Source: a virus
Lineage: Duplodnaviria; Caudoviricetes
Strand: one strand, 5' to 3'
IMG/VR virus record: IMGVR_UViG_3300027819_000001
Span: 17,541-81,540 of that record
Length of the DNA: 64,000 bases
Positions 48,208-57,589 of this stretch are shown in pieces. Positions within the stretch are counted from its first letter, which is position 1; the number at the start of each line of letters is the position of its first letter. The notes under the pieces are model-generated. The model saw only the letters and a list, made by a program, of their open reading frames with translations, made no database searches and had not been told where the DNA came from. The translations under genes and the position numbers were made by a program.

Positions 48208-48567
48208 ATGACTAACAAACAACGTAAACCAATCCGCCGCGTATCCACTGCCAGGCAGAAGCAGTTGCAGGAGTATGCGAAGCTGAAGCGGGCCTGGCAC
48301 GAACGCAATCGCTATTGTGCGGTCTGCCGCCAGCGGGACATTCTCTGCGGGCCAGTCGATCCACATCACTCCATGGGCCGTATCCATGGGCTGCTATTGG
48401 ATACACGCCTTTGGATTGCTCTCTGCCGAAAGCACCACAACATGGTAATGAGTGATCCAGCTTGGGCGCGCTGCCATAACCTCCTTCCGCCAGTCGGATG
48501 GTACAACGACATCAATCGCGCCGATGAATGGAGCAAGATCCTTAACGGTATCGAGATTCCAAAATGA
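48208..48567 (+). CDS. HNH-like nuclease
   Basis: CAVC...DPHHSMGR...W.ALCR.HH. Confidence 0.7.
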   Translation: MTNKQRKPIRRVSTARQKQLQEYAKLKRAWHERNRYCAVCRQRDILCGPVDPHHSMGRIHGLLLDTRLWIALCRKHHNMVMSDPAWARCHNLLPPVGWYNDINRADEWSKILNGIEIPK

Positions 48568-48740
48568 AACTTCATTCACAAGAGGACCGAGAGGAATTAC
48601 AAGACGACGGCTACTGCGCTGAGTGCGGAGGAGAAGGCCAGAAAATGATTTGCATTGACGATCTTTGTCACGGACAGGGCTTCTGCATTCACGGAGACGG
48701 ATACATTGTTTGCCCATCCTGCAAAGGAGAGAGCCCGTGA
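48564..48740 (+). CDS. Small Cys-rich protein
   Basis: Hand translation C..C.G.G...C.DDLC...C.HGDG...CP.C.G. Confidence 0.5.
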   Translation: MKLHSQEDREELQDDGYCAECGGEGQKMICIDDLCHGQGFCIHGDGYIVCPSCKGESP

Positions 48741-48900
48741 ACGACGTTCAGCCTTCGGAAGACGAGTGCCCTATGAGCAAGCCTCACGATGCTGTGATGA
48801 ATGCAATGGAGAAGGAACTCTGGTGTGGTGCCAGAAGTGCGGGTGGGACGAAACCAACAAGAATTACATCAACGGAAAACCAAAAGAACAAAACATATGA
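48737..48900 (+). pseudogene. Small Cys-rich ORF with an apparent 1-nt deletion near 48788
   Basis: GTG frame shifts into CCDECNGEG...CQKCGW; span 164 = 3n-1 with both ends overlap-coupled. Confidence 0.4.
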
Positions 48901-49250
48901 ACGACATCAGTAAACTACCGAAATGGGCTCAGGATCTAATCGCATCCTTTGAGCGCCAGCGCAACACCGCCATTCACGCCTTAAACGAGTTCTTGAATGA
49001 TCAGGAAAAGTCGAACGTGTTCACGCAATCATATGAACCTCTTGGAGATAAGGATGGACCACGTTTAATCAAAAGGTTCATCCAGACAAACCAAGTTAAG
49101 TTCGCGTTCGAAACGGGCACCAATCATGACGATGTGATCGACGTTTGCTTCAACGACCGTGGAGAGCTTCGTATTGCCGCTGAACATGGCGTCATCAACA
49201 TGAGACCGGAGGCATCGAACGTGATCGCCGTGTGGACAAACGACCGATGA
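48897..49250 (+). CDS. Hypothetical protein
   Basis: SKLPKWAQ.. phage motif. Confidence 0.6.
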   Translation: MNDISKLPKWAQDLIASFERQRNTAIHALNEFLNDQEKSNVFTQSYEPLGDKDGPRLIKRFIQTNQVKFAFETGTNHDDVIDVCFNDRGELRIAAEHGVINMRPEASNVIAVWTNDR

Positions 49251-49312
49251 CATCACTCTTCGAACAACGTGAACGCAATCGCGGACTGATCCCATACCCA
49301 GAACGAAAACAT

Positions 49313-49783
49313 ATGCAAACTATCATCGCAGTAGACCCAGGCATGTCGGGTGGCATTGCCTATTCAATCGACACCAATCCATCTTCCCCTACGGCTTACG
49401 GTATGCCGGACACGGAGGGAGATATCCTGGACGAGTTGAAATCCATTCAGAGGAACAGTTCCTCGACACCTATCGCCTTTATCGAGCAGAACACCGGATT
49501 CGCTGGCGTTAAGATCCCTTCCCACACCATGTTCAAGCTCGGTCGCAACACAGGATTCCTCATTGGAGCTATGCAAGCTCTTGGTTTCCGTATCGAACCC
49601 ATCACCGCCAAGAAGTGGCAGGAACCTCTCAGTCTCGGAACCGCCCGCTCCTGCGCATCCAAGACGGAATGGAAGAACAAGCTCAAGGCCAAGGCCCAGC
49701 AACTCTACCCTCATCTCAAGGTCACTCTCCAAACCGCCGACGCGCTGCTCATTCTCGAGTACGGAAGGAGGATGCAGAAATGA
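49313..49783 (+). CDS. RuvC-like Holliday junction resolvase
   Basis: IAVDPG..GG, FIE, F.LGR..G, ADALLI motifs. Confidence 0.85.
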   Translation: MQTIIAVDPGMSGGIAYSIDTNPSSPTAYGMPDTEGDILDELKSIQRNSSSTPIAFIEQNTGFAGVKIPSHTMFKLGRNTGFLIGAMQALGFRIEPITAKKWQEPLSLGTARSCASKTEWKNKLKAKAQQLYPHLKVTLQTADALLILEYGRRMQK

Positions 49784-50736
49784 GCATTACAACGAATATT
49801 TCCTGGGCTGGCAGCACATGGTCTCCATGGATTGGCTGCACACTCCGAAGTGAGGGCTGCATAAATTGCTACGCCGAATGGCTGGACGAGAAACGCTTTA
49901 GCAAAACGCTTGGCGGGGGCACGCCAGCCCGGCCAATCCAGCATTGGGGCAAGGGAGCGCCACGCTACCGGACGGCAGAGTCAAGTTGGGAAAAGGTCCG
50001 AGCGTGGAACCGACAGGCCAACCCATACCGCCGCAACATCCGGAAGCCAAATCCAATCACGACCGTATTTCCTTCGCTCTGCGATCCATTCGACGAGGAA
50101 GTCCCAATCGAATGGTTCGTTGACTTCCTTGACCTAATCCGGACAACTCCAAACCTGACATGGCTTCTCCTCACAAAACGCCCAGAACTTTTCTTCTGGA
50201 GATTCAAACAAGCCCAACACGAATTATTGGACGGAGAACTCAAGCACTGGCTCCACGACTGGGAAGAGCACGGCATCGCCCCCAAACACGTCTGCATCGG
50301 CACCAGCATCGAAAACCAGAAATGGGCCGACATCAGGATTCCACAATTGCTGGCCATCCCGGCGCATCGAAGCTTCCTAAGCGTCGAGCCGATGCTCGGC
50401 CCCATCAACCTCGCATACACCTGCTTCAACGGCGCAGACTCTTTCGGCACAACGCCTAGAATCCACCAAGTGATTTTCGGCGGCGAAAGCACGCAAGGCA
50501 AGCCAGCCAGGCCGTGCAACGTCGAGTGGATCAGAGATGGCGTGAAGCAATGCAGAAAGGCACGGGTCGCGTGCTGGGTCAAACAGCTTGGCAGCAACCC
50601 GACAACGTACGACCCGCCTGATGAATTCCCAGACGGGACGGAATTCCTCGGACAAGACCCAAAGCTCAAGCACAAGGCCGGAGCCGACATGTCCGAGTGG
50701 CCAGAGGACCTCAGAGTTCAGGAGGCAATGCCATGA
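49780..50736 (+). CDS. Gp37Gp68 / DUF5131 family protein
   Basis: T.ISW...TWSPW.GC...S.GC.NCYA, TPNLTW.LLTKRP, FLS.EP.LG, VI.GGES. Confidence 0.92.
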   Translation: MSITTNISWAGSTWSPWIGCTLRSEGCINCYAEWLDEKRFSKTLGGGTPARPIQHWGKGAPRYRTAESSWEKVRAWNRQANPYRRNIRKPNPITTVFPSLCDPFDEEVPIEWFVDFLDLIRTTPNLTWLLLTKRPELFFWRFKQAQHELLDGELKHWLHDWEEHGIAPKHVCIGTSIENQKWADIRIPQLLAIPAHRSFLSVEPMLGPINLAYTCFNGADSFGTTPRIHQVIFGGESTQGKPARPCNVEWIRDGVKQCRKARVACWVKQLGSNPTTYDPPDEFPDGTEFLGQDPKLKHKAGADMSEWPEDLRVQEAMP

Positions 50737-50927
50737 ACAAAGACGAACTGAAAGTTGCCATGGTTAAACTGGTTGGAAACACATCTTTCATTGAGGCGAT
50801 ATTTGCTTTGTCTGAAATTGCCGACGATTTTGAACGCGTTACCATTCCTGCCAACAAAAGAGCGTGGCGTCAGGCCTCCAAGAAGTTGGTTGCACTGGCC
50901 GAAAAACTGTCTGATTTATGATCACCT

Positions 50928-51134
50928 ATGCCACCGAACTACTATTACGAATCAATCCAGGCCGACAGGGAATTCACAGAGCACCGGCTCCGTTACCTCC
51001 GTGCCAAACGTGAATTCCAGGGATTGAGCCACGCAGGCCATGAACCAAAACTCATGATCAACGGTGTTCACCAACCCATTCGCCAAGCCTACCTGGAACG
51101 CCAGATCGACGCCGATTTCAACAGAACGACATGA
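50928..51134 (+). CDS. Hypothetical protein
   Basis: Collinear small ORF. Confidence 0.45.
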   Translation: MPPNYYYESIQADREFTEHRLRYLRAKREFQGLSHAGHEPKLMINGVHQPIRQAYLERQIDADFNRTT

Positions 51135-51358
51135 TAGAACGTGAAACATCAGAACCGTTGATGCCGCACATCGTCCACAAGGATTTCCGAAGTGAACCGA
51201 TCATGGAAATCCGTGAGCACGACAAAGAACCATCTTACCAGGAGTTTCTCCGAGCGAAAAGCATTGGCTTTCCTGGATGGCCAGAGAAGGCCACCGTCGA
51301 GAACTGCTTCACTCCAATCAAACCAATCATATTCCCAGATGAGCAAACCCCTCGCTAA
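51131..51358 (+). CDS. Hypothetical protein
   Basis: ATGA-coupled small ORF. Confidence 0.45.
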   Translation: MIERETSEPLMPHIVHKDFRSEPIMEIREHDKEPSYQEFLRAKSIGFPGWPEKATVENCFTPIKPIIFPDEQTPR

Positions 51359-51545
51359 ACCAATCCGCTACCCGGCCACCAAGGCCATCGCCACCGCCAA
51401 ACGTAAACAATCGTTATCCCATCCGTGGAACCGTGGCTATCCAAACAACGGTAAACTCAGAAAGATGGCCGCATGAGAAAACCAAAGTACGCTCTCAACC
51501 CTTTCCCTAAACCAGACAAAGGTGCTCAACTCATCACCGTTCGTA

Positions 51546-51869
51546 TTACGCGCAAGCCTTCTCCTGCTGGGCCAGATGCTCGCGCAACATCTTCTCGGAT
51601 TGATCCGCTACCGCCTCATCCTCAGGATCCCGCGTCATGATGGCCAGCCTCTTGGTCACGGAGGCGTTCAGCTTCAACTGCACCGCCATCGCGTTATTGA
51701 CCAGTTTATGCGTCACATCCCCGGTCTTCTCGATCACATTGAGCTTGGCCGCCATCTTCGCCGCCGCCATCGAAGCCACCGCTTGGGCTTGGCTGTTCCG
51801 ATACTGGATCCAGGCAAGCCCGAGCGTCACGATCCCCGCGATCATTCCGTTCCAGACCACATCCGTCAT
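51546..51869 (-). CDS. Single-TM membrane protein
   Basis: N-terminal GMIAGIVTLGLAWI followed by a helical tail. Confidence 0.55.
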   Translation of the reverse strand: MTDVVWNGMIAGIVTLGLAWIQYRNSQAQAVASMAAAKMAAKLNVIEKTGDVTHKLVNNAMAVQLKLNASVTKRLAIMTRDPEDEAVADQSEKMLREHLAQQEKACA

Positions 51870-52142
51870 GGCTATCATCATCCTCCCACACTGCCATTTG
51901 TAAGAAAAAGATACCAGAACTTCTTACAGAACCCAGTTGTAAAGCATTCCTTTACAACTCACGCCAGGTCCGGCCTCAACCAGAACTCCTTACCATCACC
52001 ACCACTCCATCCAAACATCTCGGTCTCTGCTGGCCCACACCAAAACGCAAACCGTGCAAATCCGAACTCGTCCATCCGAAAGTTCAAAATCGAGGTAACC
52101 TGGTTCCATCGCTCAGGCGTCACCCTCACCAGTCCGTATCCC

Positions 52143-52418
52143 TCAGGATTTATTCCCATCGTTCTCTTCCTCCGATAGTTGGTCCAACAATTCCACATAC
52201 CCAATCATGTCCACCCGGTTGTCCCGCTTCGAACGGTTTATCTCCCGAGCAATCTTCAACTGGATCAAACAAATGCAAACCTGCTTTGCTGTAACCTCCA
52301 TCCCAAACACCGGCGACCAAAGCTTCGCCAACCTACCAAAGCTCACCCTGGCATCACCATACGACTCCCGCCGCTGCCCGTTGATGATCTCCAATGCCTC
52401 TTCGCTGACCGATTTCAT
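52143..52418 (-). CDS. DUF6378-like protein
   Basis: A..IING.R...YGD....F.R.A.LWS...V..C.I.LK.AR....DN.VD..GY. Confidence 0.85.
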   Translation of the reverse strand: MKSVSEEALEIINGQRRESYGDARVSFGRLAKLWSPVFGMEVTAKQVCICLIQLKIAREINRSKRDNRVDMIGYVELLDQLSEEENDGNKS

Positions 52419-52681
52419 ACAGTTGCCTCCAGCGGATACTTCCCCCTCAGTCCTTCCCACCTATTCAATGGCCCAAAGCTCGCCACCCAGAACTCCGTTA
52501 TCGTCACTCCAATCACCCCGAGATACCGAATCAACTGGTCCGTCCCCAATCTTCCAGTCCTCTCCCACCTCCCAACCGTGATAGTCCTCACTCCCATCAC
52601 CCCGGCCACCGCCTCCTGGCTCATCTTCGCCACCTTCCTCAACCGCTTCATCTCACCACCGATCTGTGTTAGTTCGTTCAT
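52415..52681 (-). CDS. XRE-family HTH regulator
   Basis: IG..MKRLR....MSQEAVA..MGV..ITVGRWE. Confidence 0.8.
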   Translation of the reverse strand: MNELTQIGGEMKRLRKVAKMSQEAVAGVMGVRTITVGRWERTGRLGTDQLIRYLGVIGVTITEFWVASFGPLNRWEGLRGKYPLEATV

Positions 52682-53094
52682 TGCTCCTCCTTGCTGTTCG
52701 GTATCCGGATTATCGGCGCGTGTTTCACCCAACTCATCCTGATCCGGTCATCCCGATGAACCCGCTCCTCGGGCCGAACATGCCAATCATGCCCCTTCGG
52801 CTTTGTGCATGTTCCAACCTTCGATGATCCTTCAGGATTCGGTTCCCCGCACATGTTGTTCCGTACCTTGTAATCCTCCCAGGCTTTGTCCTCCATCCGC
52901 CCCCATCTCCCAATCCGATACGCCCTCAGTTGATCAGCCTTATCCAACGCATCCCGGCGCGCATCCGATCCAGGAAGCCTCCCTTCCGCGTCCTGTCTCC
53001 AATATTCCTCCCCACCCTCAAACGCCAGCATCATCAGTTCTTCAGCATTCATCTTTTTCATAAACATTCCTTCCATCATCAATGAGTCTTTCAT
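52678..53094 (-). CDS. Hypothetical protein
   Basis: ATGA-coupled ORF with a C...KGH..H motif. Confidence 0.55.
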   Translation of the reverse strand: MKDSLMMEGMFMKKMNAEELMMLAFEGGEEYWRQDAEGRLPGSDARRDALDKADQLRAYRIGRWGRMEDKAWEDYKVRNNMCGEPNPEGSSKVGTCTKPKGHDWHVRPEERVHRDDRIRMSWVKHAPIIRIPNSKEEQ

Positions 53095-53696
53095 ATGTCC
53101 ATTCCTTTACTGTGTTCCAGTTGACCGCAACTCCCCTCCCAATCATCAGGTTCCCCGTAAGACGCGTTCAACTCCGAGATCGGCGGCTCTATCGGATCAG
53201 GCGGGTCCTGGTGCTCTGTTTGAGAGGGCAGGTGCGATGTCACTATCCCATTCAAAACATCGTGCCCAACACCAGCGGCTTCAGCGTTCTCGTAGTTCGC
53301 CTCCCCAGGCAACGGCAATCCAGCCTTCCTCGCTCGGTAATCCCTTTGCGCTTGCCGGTTATACGCCCGCCGATCCTCATCCCCCCTCATCTTCCGATAC
53401 TTCGCCCCATTCACCACCCGGTAATCATACTGCCCCAACCTCACTAACTTCCTCCCCTCCTCATCCTTCGTCCTCGAATTCGGATCCGGCATACAAAAGA
53501 ACTTGATTGCCTTCTCAATTTCCTTCGGCTCTTCCCCTATCAACATCCCCACCAATACCGGATTCAGGATCACCACACTCCCATACTTCGTACTCGGCTT
53601 CTGCTTCGCGATAACATACCCCCACACAGCAAACTTGATCGCCCCTGCCCCTATCATTGACCCCTCATACATCGACTCATGGTGCTTCCCATACAT
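53091..53696 (-). CDS. Replication-initiator-like N-terminal (wHTH) protein
   Basis: MYGK..ESMYEGSM.GAG...PDP.SR...EGR.L...Y.VVN..KY...RRAYNR..QR.YR pattern of phage replisome-organiser N-domains (recalled, not searched). Confidence 0.55.
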   Translation of the reverse strand: MYGKHHESMYEGSMIGAGAIKFAVWGYVIAKQKPSTKYGSVVILNPVLVGMLIGEEPKEIEKAIKFFCMPDPNSRTKDEEGRKLVRLGQYDYRVVNGAKYRKMRGDEDRRAYNRQAQRDYRARKAGLPLPGEANYENAEAAGVGHDVLNGIVTSHLPSQTEHQDPPDPIEPPISELNASYGEPDDWEGSCGQLEHSKGMDI

Positions 53697-53987
53697 AGAT
53701 TTTACGCCTTCCAGTTGTTCATTTCCCCTTATTTTTACCACCTTTCACTCATGTCTGTCAATACCTGTCAGCACGCGTGTAGCTTTTTGTAAATGTCAGC
53801 CAAAGTGAGCCCATTCAGATACAGATACAGACTCTCCCTACCCTCTCTTGCTCAATTTCATCTCTCCTACAAAGTCCAAGATCATCCCAATTCCTACCTC
53901 GGTTCAAGCCATGCTCAAAGCCAAAGGACCCAGATAAAAAATTCCAATTTGAGGTTCGCAAGGGGACATCTCTATTCGATTGGCGCA

Positions 53988-54021
53988 CCCCGCCCCGGTC
54001 CCGCCTCTACCCGGCACCCCC
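53988..54021 (-). other. G-quadruplex-forming motif in the non-coding switch region
   Basis: Minus strand GGGGG-TGCC-GGG-TAGAGGC-GGG-ACC-GGGG-C-GGGG. Confidence 0.6.
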
Positions 54022-55109
54022 ATTTTCTGTCGGTTTGAGACGAGTTCATAATCAATTCCGCTGTGTTGACACTATCCGACGATCAGGATGCAACCTTGGC
54101 CTATTTCCGATCGATTACTGGGCATTCCAGTTCGGAGTCTCAACCTACTATTCTCGTTCTGGTGGTTCTGGACGTGTTTTTGGGGTGGTTTTGTGGTGTC
54201 CTGACCGTAGTTCCAGCCGGTTTCAGCCGGTTTGCGCTTCAGAACCGGCTCTATCGCACAAGTATGCAGTCAATCCCGCATCAGTTTGTTATGGCAGCAT
54301 GAGTCATTTACTATCATTTACTGTCATTTCTGTTGATACAGAATCGACAGGCGAAAATGCACACTTTATACACTCGGGACGGTTGAATCCCTACTGAAAT
54401 CATATAGATAGTAGAGAAGATTCAATGGTCGGGAACGTCTGGTCCAGCGTGAAGAGCTCGTGAAGGCTGGAAGGCAGCGCCGCCAGGAGACCAGGAGAGT
54501 AGTTCCCAGTCCAATGGATTCTCAACTTTGCGAGAGTGTTGATTCTCAGGTTTGAGAAAAAGGGGTGAATTTTCTCATAGATGAGAGGAAAAGTGGGGTT
54601 TTTGGGGTAAAAACGTGCTGGCATGGGTGTTGCTATGGCTGATCTTGTCGATTTTGATCTTTGGAAAACGGTGACGGCTACGGATGACGGATCTTCAGAG
54701 TGCGGTGTCCAGTTCGGACTTTCGAAAGGCGCACTCCCCGGAAGAAGTAGCGCGATAAGCAACCAAGCGACTGGCTTGGCTTCATCCCGATAGCAAGGGA
54801 GGAGTCAAAGAGGTAACGGGTTTGGACTGGTCAAGATTACCAGCGTCGATATGAGACGAGAAACATGGGAGAAAGCGCAACCTAAGACATTGCGCTGATT
54901 CATTCCGGCAAGGGCAATGTTCGAGACGGGAGATACGGGACAAGAGGTAAAGACTTCGTGGCCGTACACGGGAAGCGAGAGAGGGCATTCCACCGATAAC
55001 ATCAGTTAGTCAATAGGCTTGCCGGGGAGAATGAATCACGACAAGGACAATCAACAGAACACAGGGCTTTGTATACACATTGCCCTGCTCTTTCGTTTAC
55101 ACGTTAGAG

Positions 55110-55182
55110 GCGTTCTCTCGGTATCAGGGCAATGACTGTCAGGGTATCGAGCAAAACGCGGTTTAAGGAAAATACCACAATG
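55110..55182 (+). promoter_or_regulatory. Early-gene structured leader (variant) ending AAGGAAAATACCACA-ATG
   Basis: CGTT/AACG closing a hairpin, then the conserved RBS. Confidence 0.55.
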
Positions 55183-55698
55183 AATACTACAGAAAATGCG
55201 GTTGGAACGGTTGCGGTTAAGAACGAGATGGTTTTGACGCGGCCGGAGGGCAACGTTGCGATTATGGACGGCAAGACGGTTAAGACGTCCAATCTCAAGA
55301 CAGGTGTCTCAGGGGAGCGGTTGCAGACTTTGAAGGAATTCAAGGTTGGCAAGAAACTGGCCAATGGAGAGGCGAAACGGGCACACCGTGAGTACCTCCG
55401 GGAGAATGGCGTGGATGCTGGGCAGAAAGCGGCTGCTTTGTTTGCCTTTGGGATCCGGTTGCCTAAGGGAGAGTCATTCAATCCGAAGACTGGTACGGGC
55501 TGCACAAGGTGGACTTTGGCGAGTAAATTGGCGGAGCCTGTCAAGGTGGCGGAGATTGCGGCTGCTCCGGCTGCTCCCGTGGACTTGCTCTCCATCCTCG
55601 CCCAGTACGGGATTACCAAGGAGAGGTTCGAGTCGATGAAGACTGTCACTGGCCCTGCGTCTGACGTTTCCCCGGTTGCCGAAGTTAAGGCGGCTTAA
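55180..55698 (+). CDS. Hypothetical early protein
   Basis: Conserved RBS before the ATG, terminator after the stop. Confidence 0.7.
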   Translation: MNTTENAVGTVAVKNEMVLTRPEGNVAIMDGKTVKTSNLKTGVSGERLQTLKEFKVGKKLANGEAKRAHREYLRENGVDAGQKAAALFAFGIRLPKGESFNPKTGTGCTRWTLASKLAEPVKVAEIAAAPAAPVDLLSILAQYGITKERFESMKTVTGPASDVSPVAEVKAA

Positions 55699-55725
55699 TT
55701 CACCACCACACACTGAACGATTGAC

Positions 55726-55747
55726 GCCCCTCTTCGGAGGGGCTTTT
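55726..55747 (+). terminator. Rho-independent terminator
   Basis: GCCCCTC-TTCG-GAGGGGC-TTTT. Confidence 0.85.
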
Positions 55748-55851
55748 GCTTTATGGACTACGTGGAATTTTTGGTATGGTTGAACGCGTTTGAGCGTGGG
55801 GTGTACCTTGACCTTGACGAAGAGGGGCAAGGGTACTCGAGGATTGACTGA

Positions 55852-55958
55852 TTTCACTCGCCTTCCCGGTTGCGGCTGGGCAGGCGAGATGAGGCCAGAA
55901 AGGTTTCACGCGTGGCGTGGGCGTACTGCGCTGATTTGAAGGAAAATACCACACTATG
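55852..55958 (+). promoter_or_regulatory. Early-gene structured leader (variant)
   Basis: Stem CTCGCCT/AGGCGAG plus small hairpins, then AAGGAAAATACCACACT-ATG. Confidence 0.55.
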
Positions 55959-56168
55959 AAAAGGCGTATTGGAGATCCCGCTTTACAGCGGACAAGAACC
56001 AAGGTTGTGCTTTGGTTCATGAACAGTCGTACCGGACACCAGAAGCAAGTTGCGGCTGGAACCGAAGTTGAGTGCGATTACAACGGTTCATGGGCATATC
56101 TTTGGCTGTTGGACGATGGCAACTACCGTGCTTGTGCGGAGTTTGAACAGTTTGAGCACGAAGCGTGA
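55956..56168 (+). CDS. Hypothetical early protein
   Basis: Conserved RBS. Confidence 0.6.
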   Translation: MKRRIGDPALQRTRTKVVLWFMNSRTGHQKQVAAGTEVECDYNGSWAYLWLLDDGNYRACAEFEQFEHEA

Positions 56169-56313
56169 GCGGGGTCATGGGCCAAAAGGATGGCAACATC
56201 GCGTCAACCTGTTGGGATTCGAGGACAAGGTTGTCCTGTTGTGGAACAAGCGCATTCTGTGGATTGGAGTGCGCGGCGCTTTATGGGCTGCTCTTGGGCG
56301 TCCGGTTTGAGTG

Positions 56314-56383
56314 TTCGGTTTCACCGTGTGACAGGCGGTGTACCCGAGCGATCATGCTCGAATGAAAGGAAATACCACCTATG
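56314..56383 (+). promoter_or_regulatory. Early-gene three-way-junction leader
   Basis: TTCGGTT-CACCG..CGGTG-TACC-CGAGC..GCTCG-AAAGGAAATACCACCT-ATG. Confidence 0.7.
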
Positions 56384-56599
56384 GCAGAAAAGCTTAAGGT
56401 TGACTTGCCGGAACTGTATCGGCACGCAACGAAGGGAACTCGGCGCTTGCTGGCGCACTATTCGAATGCGGCTAACATGCCGTTGCTTCCGATTGAAATC
56501 ATACGCCATTTTTACAATGGGGATGCCGGTCTGAACGCGGCTATTGACTGCCTTGGCAAGGCGCTGGAGTGGTTGCCAAACACCAGGATATGGCGATGA
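56381..56599 (+). CDS. Hypothetical early protein
   Basis: Conserved leader/RBS. Confidence 0.6.
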   Translation: MAEKLKVDLPELYRHATKGTRRLLAHYSNAANMPLLPIEIIRHFYNGDAGLNAAIDCLGKALEWLPNTRIWR

Positions 56600-56911
56600 C
56601 CACCATAGAATTGATCGACCGGGCAGCATCGAAGCCGAATAGGCTGGCCACAATCCCAGTGGAACGTGCTGGTTGGGTGCGTGTTGGCCAGACGGTTTAT
56701 GGCTTTGCTGGTGCGAACCACCATGAGCCCGCGATGTACATGGAACTGAATCATCTCGATTCCGAGCATCGCAATCGCTGGGATGAGGCAATCGAAGCAA
56801 CTTTGATATGAAAGACCCATATTCACGGTATTGCTGGACGGAAGCGGCTATCGACCTGCTTGGCTGGATTGTGCTGGCCGGGCTGTTCGTGGGGCTGTTC
56901 TGGTTTTGGTT

Positions 56912-57167
56912 ATGAACTTTCGAGACGTAAAGACCAGCGCCGAAAGGCAACACTGGTTCTGGCAGCGCGAGCAAGAGGCGCTGCTGATGGCTGGCATTGC
57001 CGAGCGTCGTAAGGATACGGCTGGGCGTGCTGGGGAAGGAGGTTCCCGGAGCACAGGAGATTATCTGTCCTGGTGGATGGGCGGAGTTTGACGCCAAGGT
57101 GAAGTTCACTCGTGAGAGTGAGGCGGCGCTGACTGCTGCCCGGATGGTTACGCGCGAATACTCATGA
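56912..57167 (+). pseudogene. Early ORF with an apparent 1-nt insertion near 57005
   Basis: MNFRDVK...AGIAE shifts into VVRIRLGVLG...TREYS; span 256 = 3n+1, both ends ATGA-coupled. Confidence 0.45.
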
Positions 57168-57213
57168 AGCATGAGATCGCGATCTTGCAGGCCAACGGTG
57201 TTGAGTAAGGCTC

Positions 57214-57288
57214 TTCGGTTCTGCCATCCTACGGGGTGGCAGACCTGGACAGCCATGAAGGTTGTTCTGAAAGGAAAATACCACAATG
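57214..57288 (+). promoter_or_regulatory. Early-gene three-way-junction leader
   Basis: TTCGGTT-CTGCCA..TGGCAG-ACC-GGACAGCC..GGTTGTTC-AAAGGAAAATACCACA-ATG. Confidence 0.7.
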
Positions 57289-57588
57289 ACAACGATTACA
57301 GGAAATACGTACCCGGTGAAGGATCAGTTGAAAGCACTGGGTGGAAAATGGAACGCTGACGCCAAAGGTTGGAACGTTCCGGATGACAAGGCCGAACAGG
57401 CCAAAGCCATCGTGGCTGCTGCTGGACCGGCAAAGCCGTTCACCGGAGCGCGAAGCGATAGCAGTTATCGCCCAACACGCTGCAAGGAGTGCGGGTGCTC
57501 CGCGACTCGCTACAACAAGATTTACCGTAACGGCCAGTGCCGTGACTGCTACGTCTCGAACAAGGAAGAGGCTGAGATGGGGTACTGA
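57286..57588 (+). CDS. DUF5710-like domain protein with a C-terminal CxxC finger
   Basis: GNTYPVKDQLKALGGKW...KGW; CKEC...CRDC. Confidence 0.7.
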   Translation: MTTITGNTYPVKDQLKALGGKWNADAKGWNVPDDKAEQAKAIVAAAGPAKPFTGARSDSSYRPTRCKECGCSATRYNKIYRNGQCRDCYVSNKEEAEMGY

Positions 57589-57589
57589 T

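Noticed and set aside
54400-54988. Minus-strand ORFs in the switch region as small terminase
   Set aside because: No recognisable motifs or RBS; composition is dominated by strand skew.
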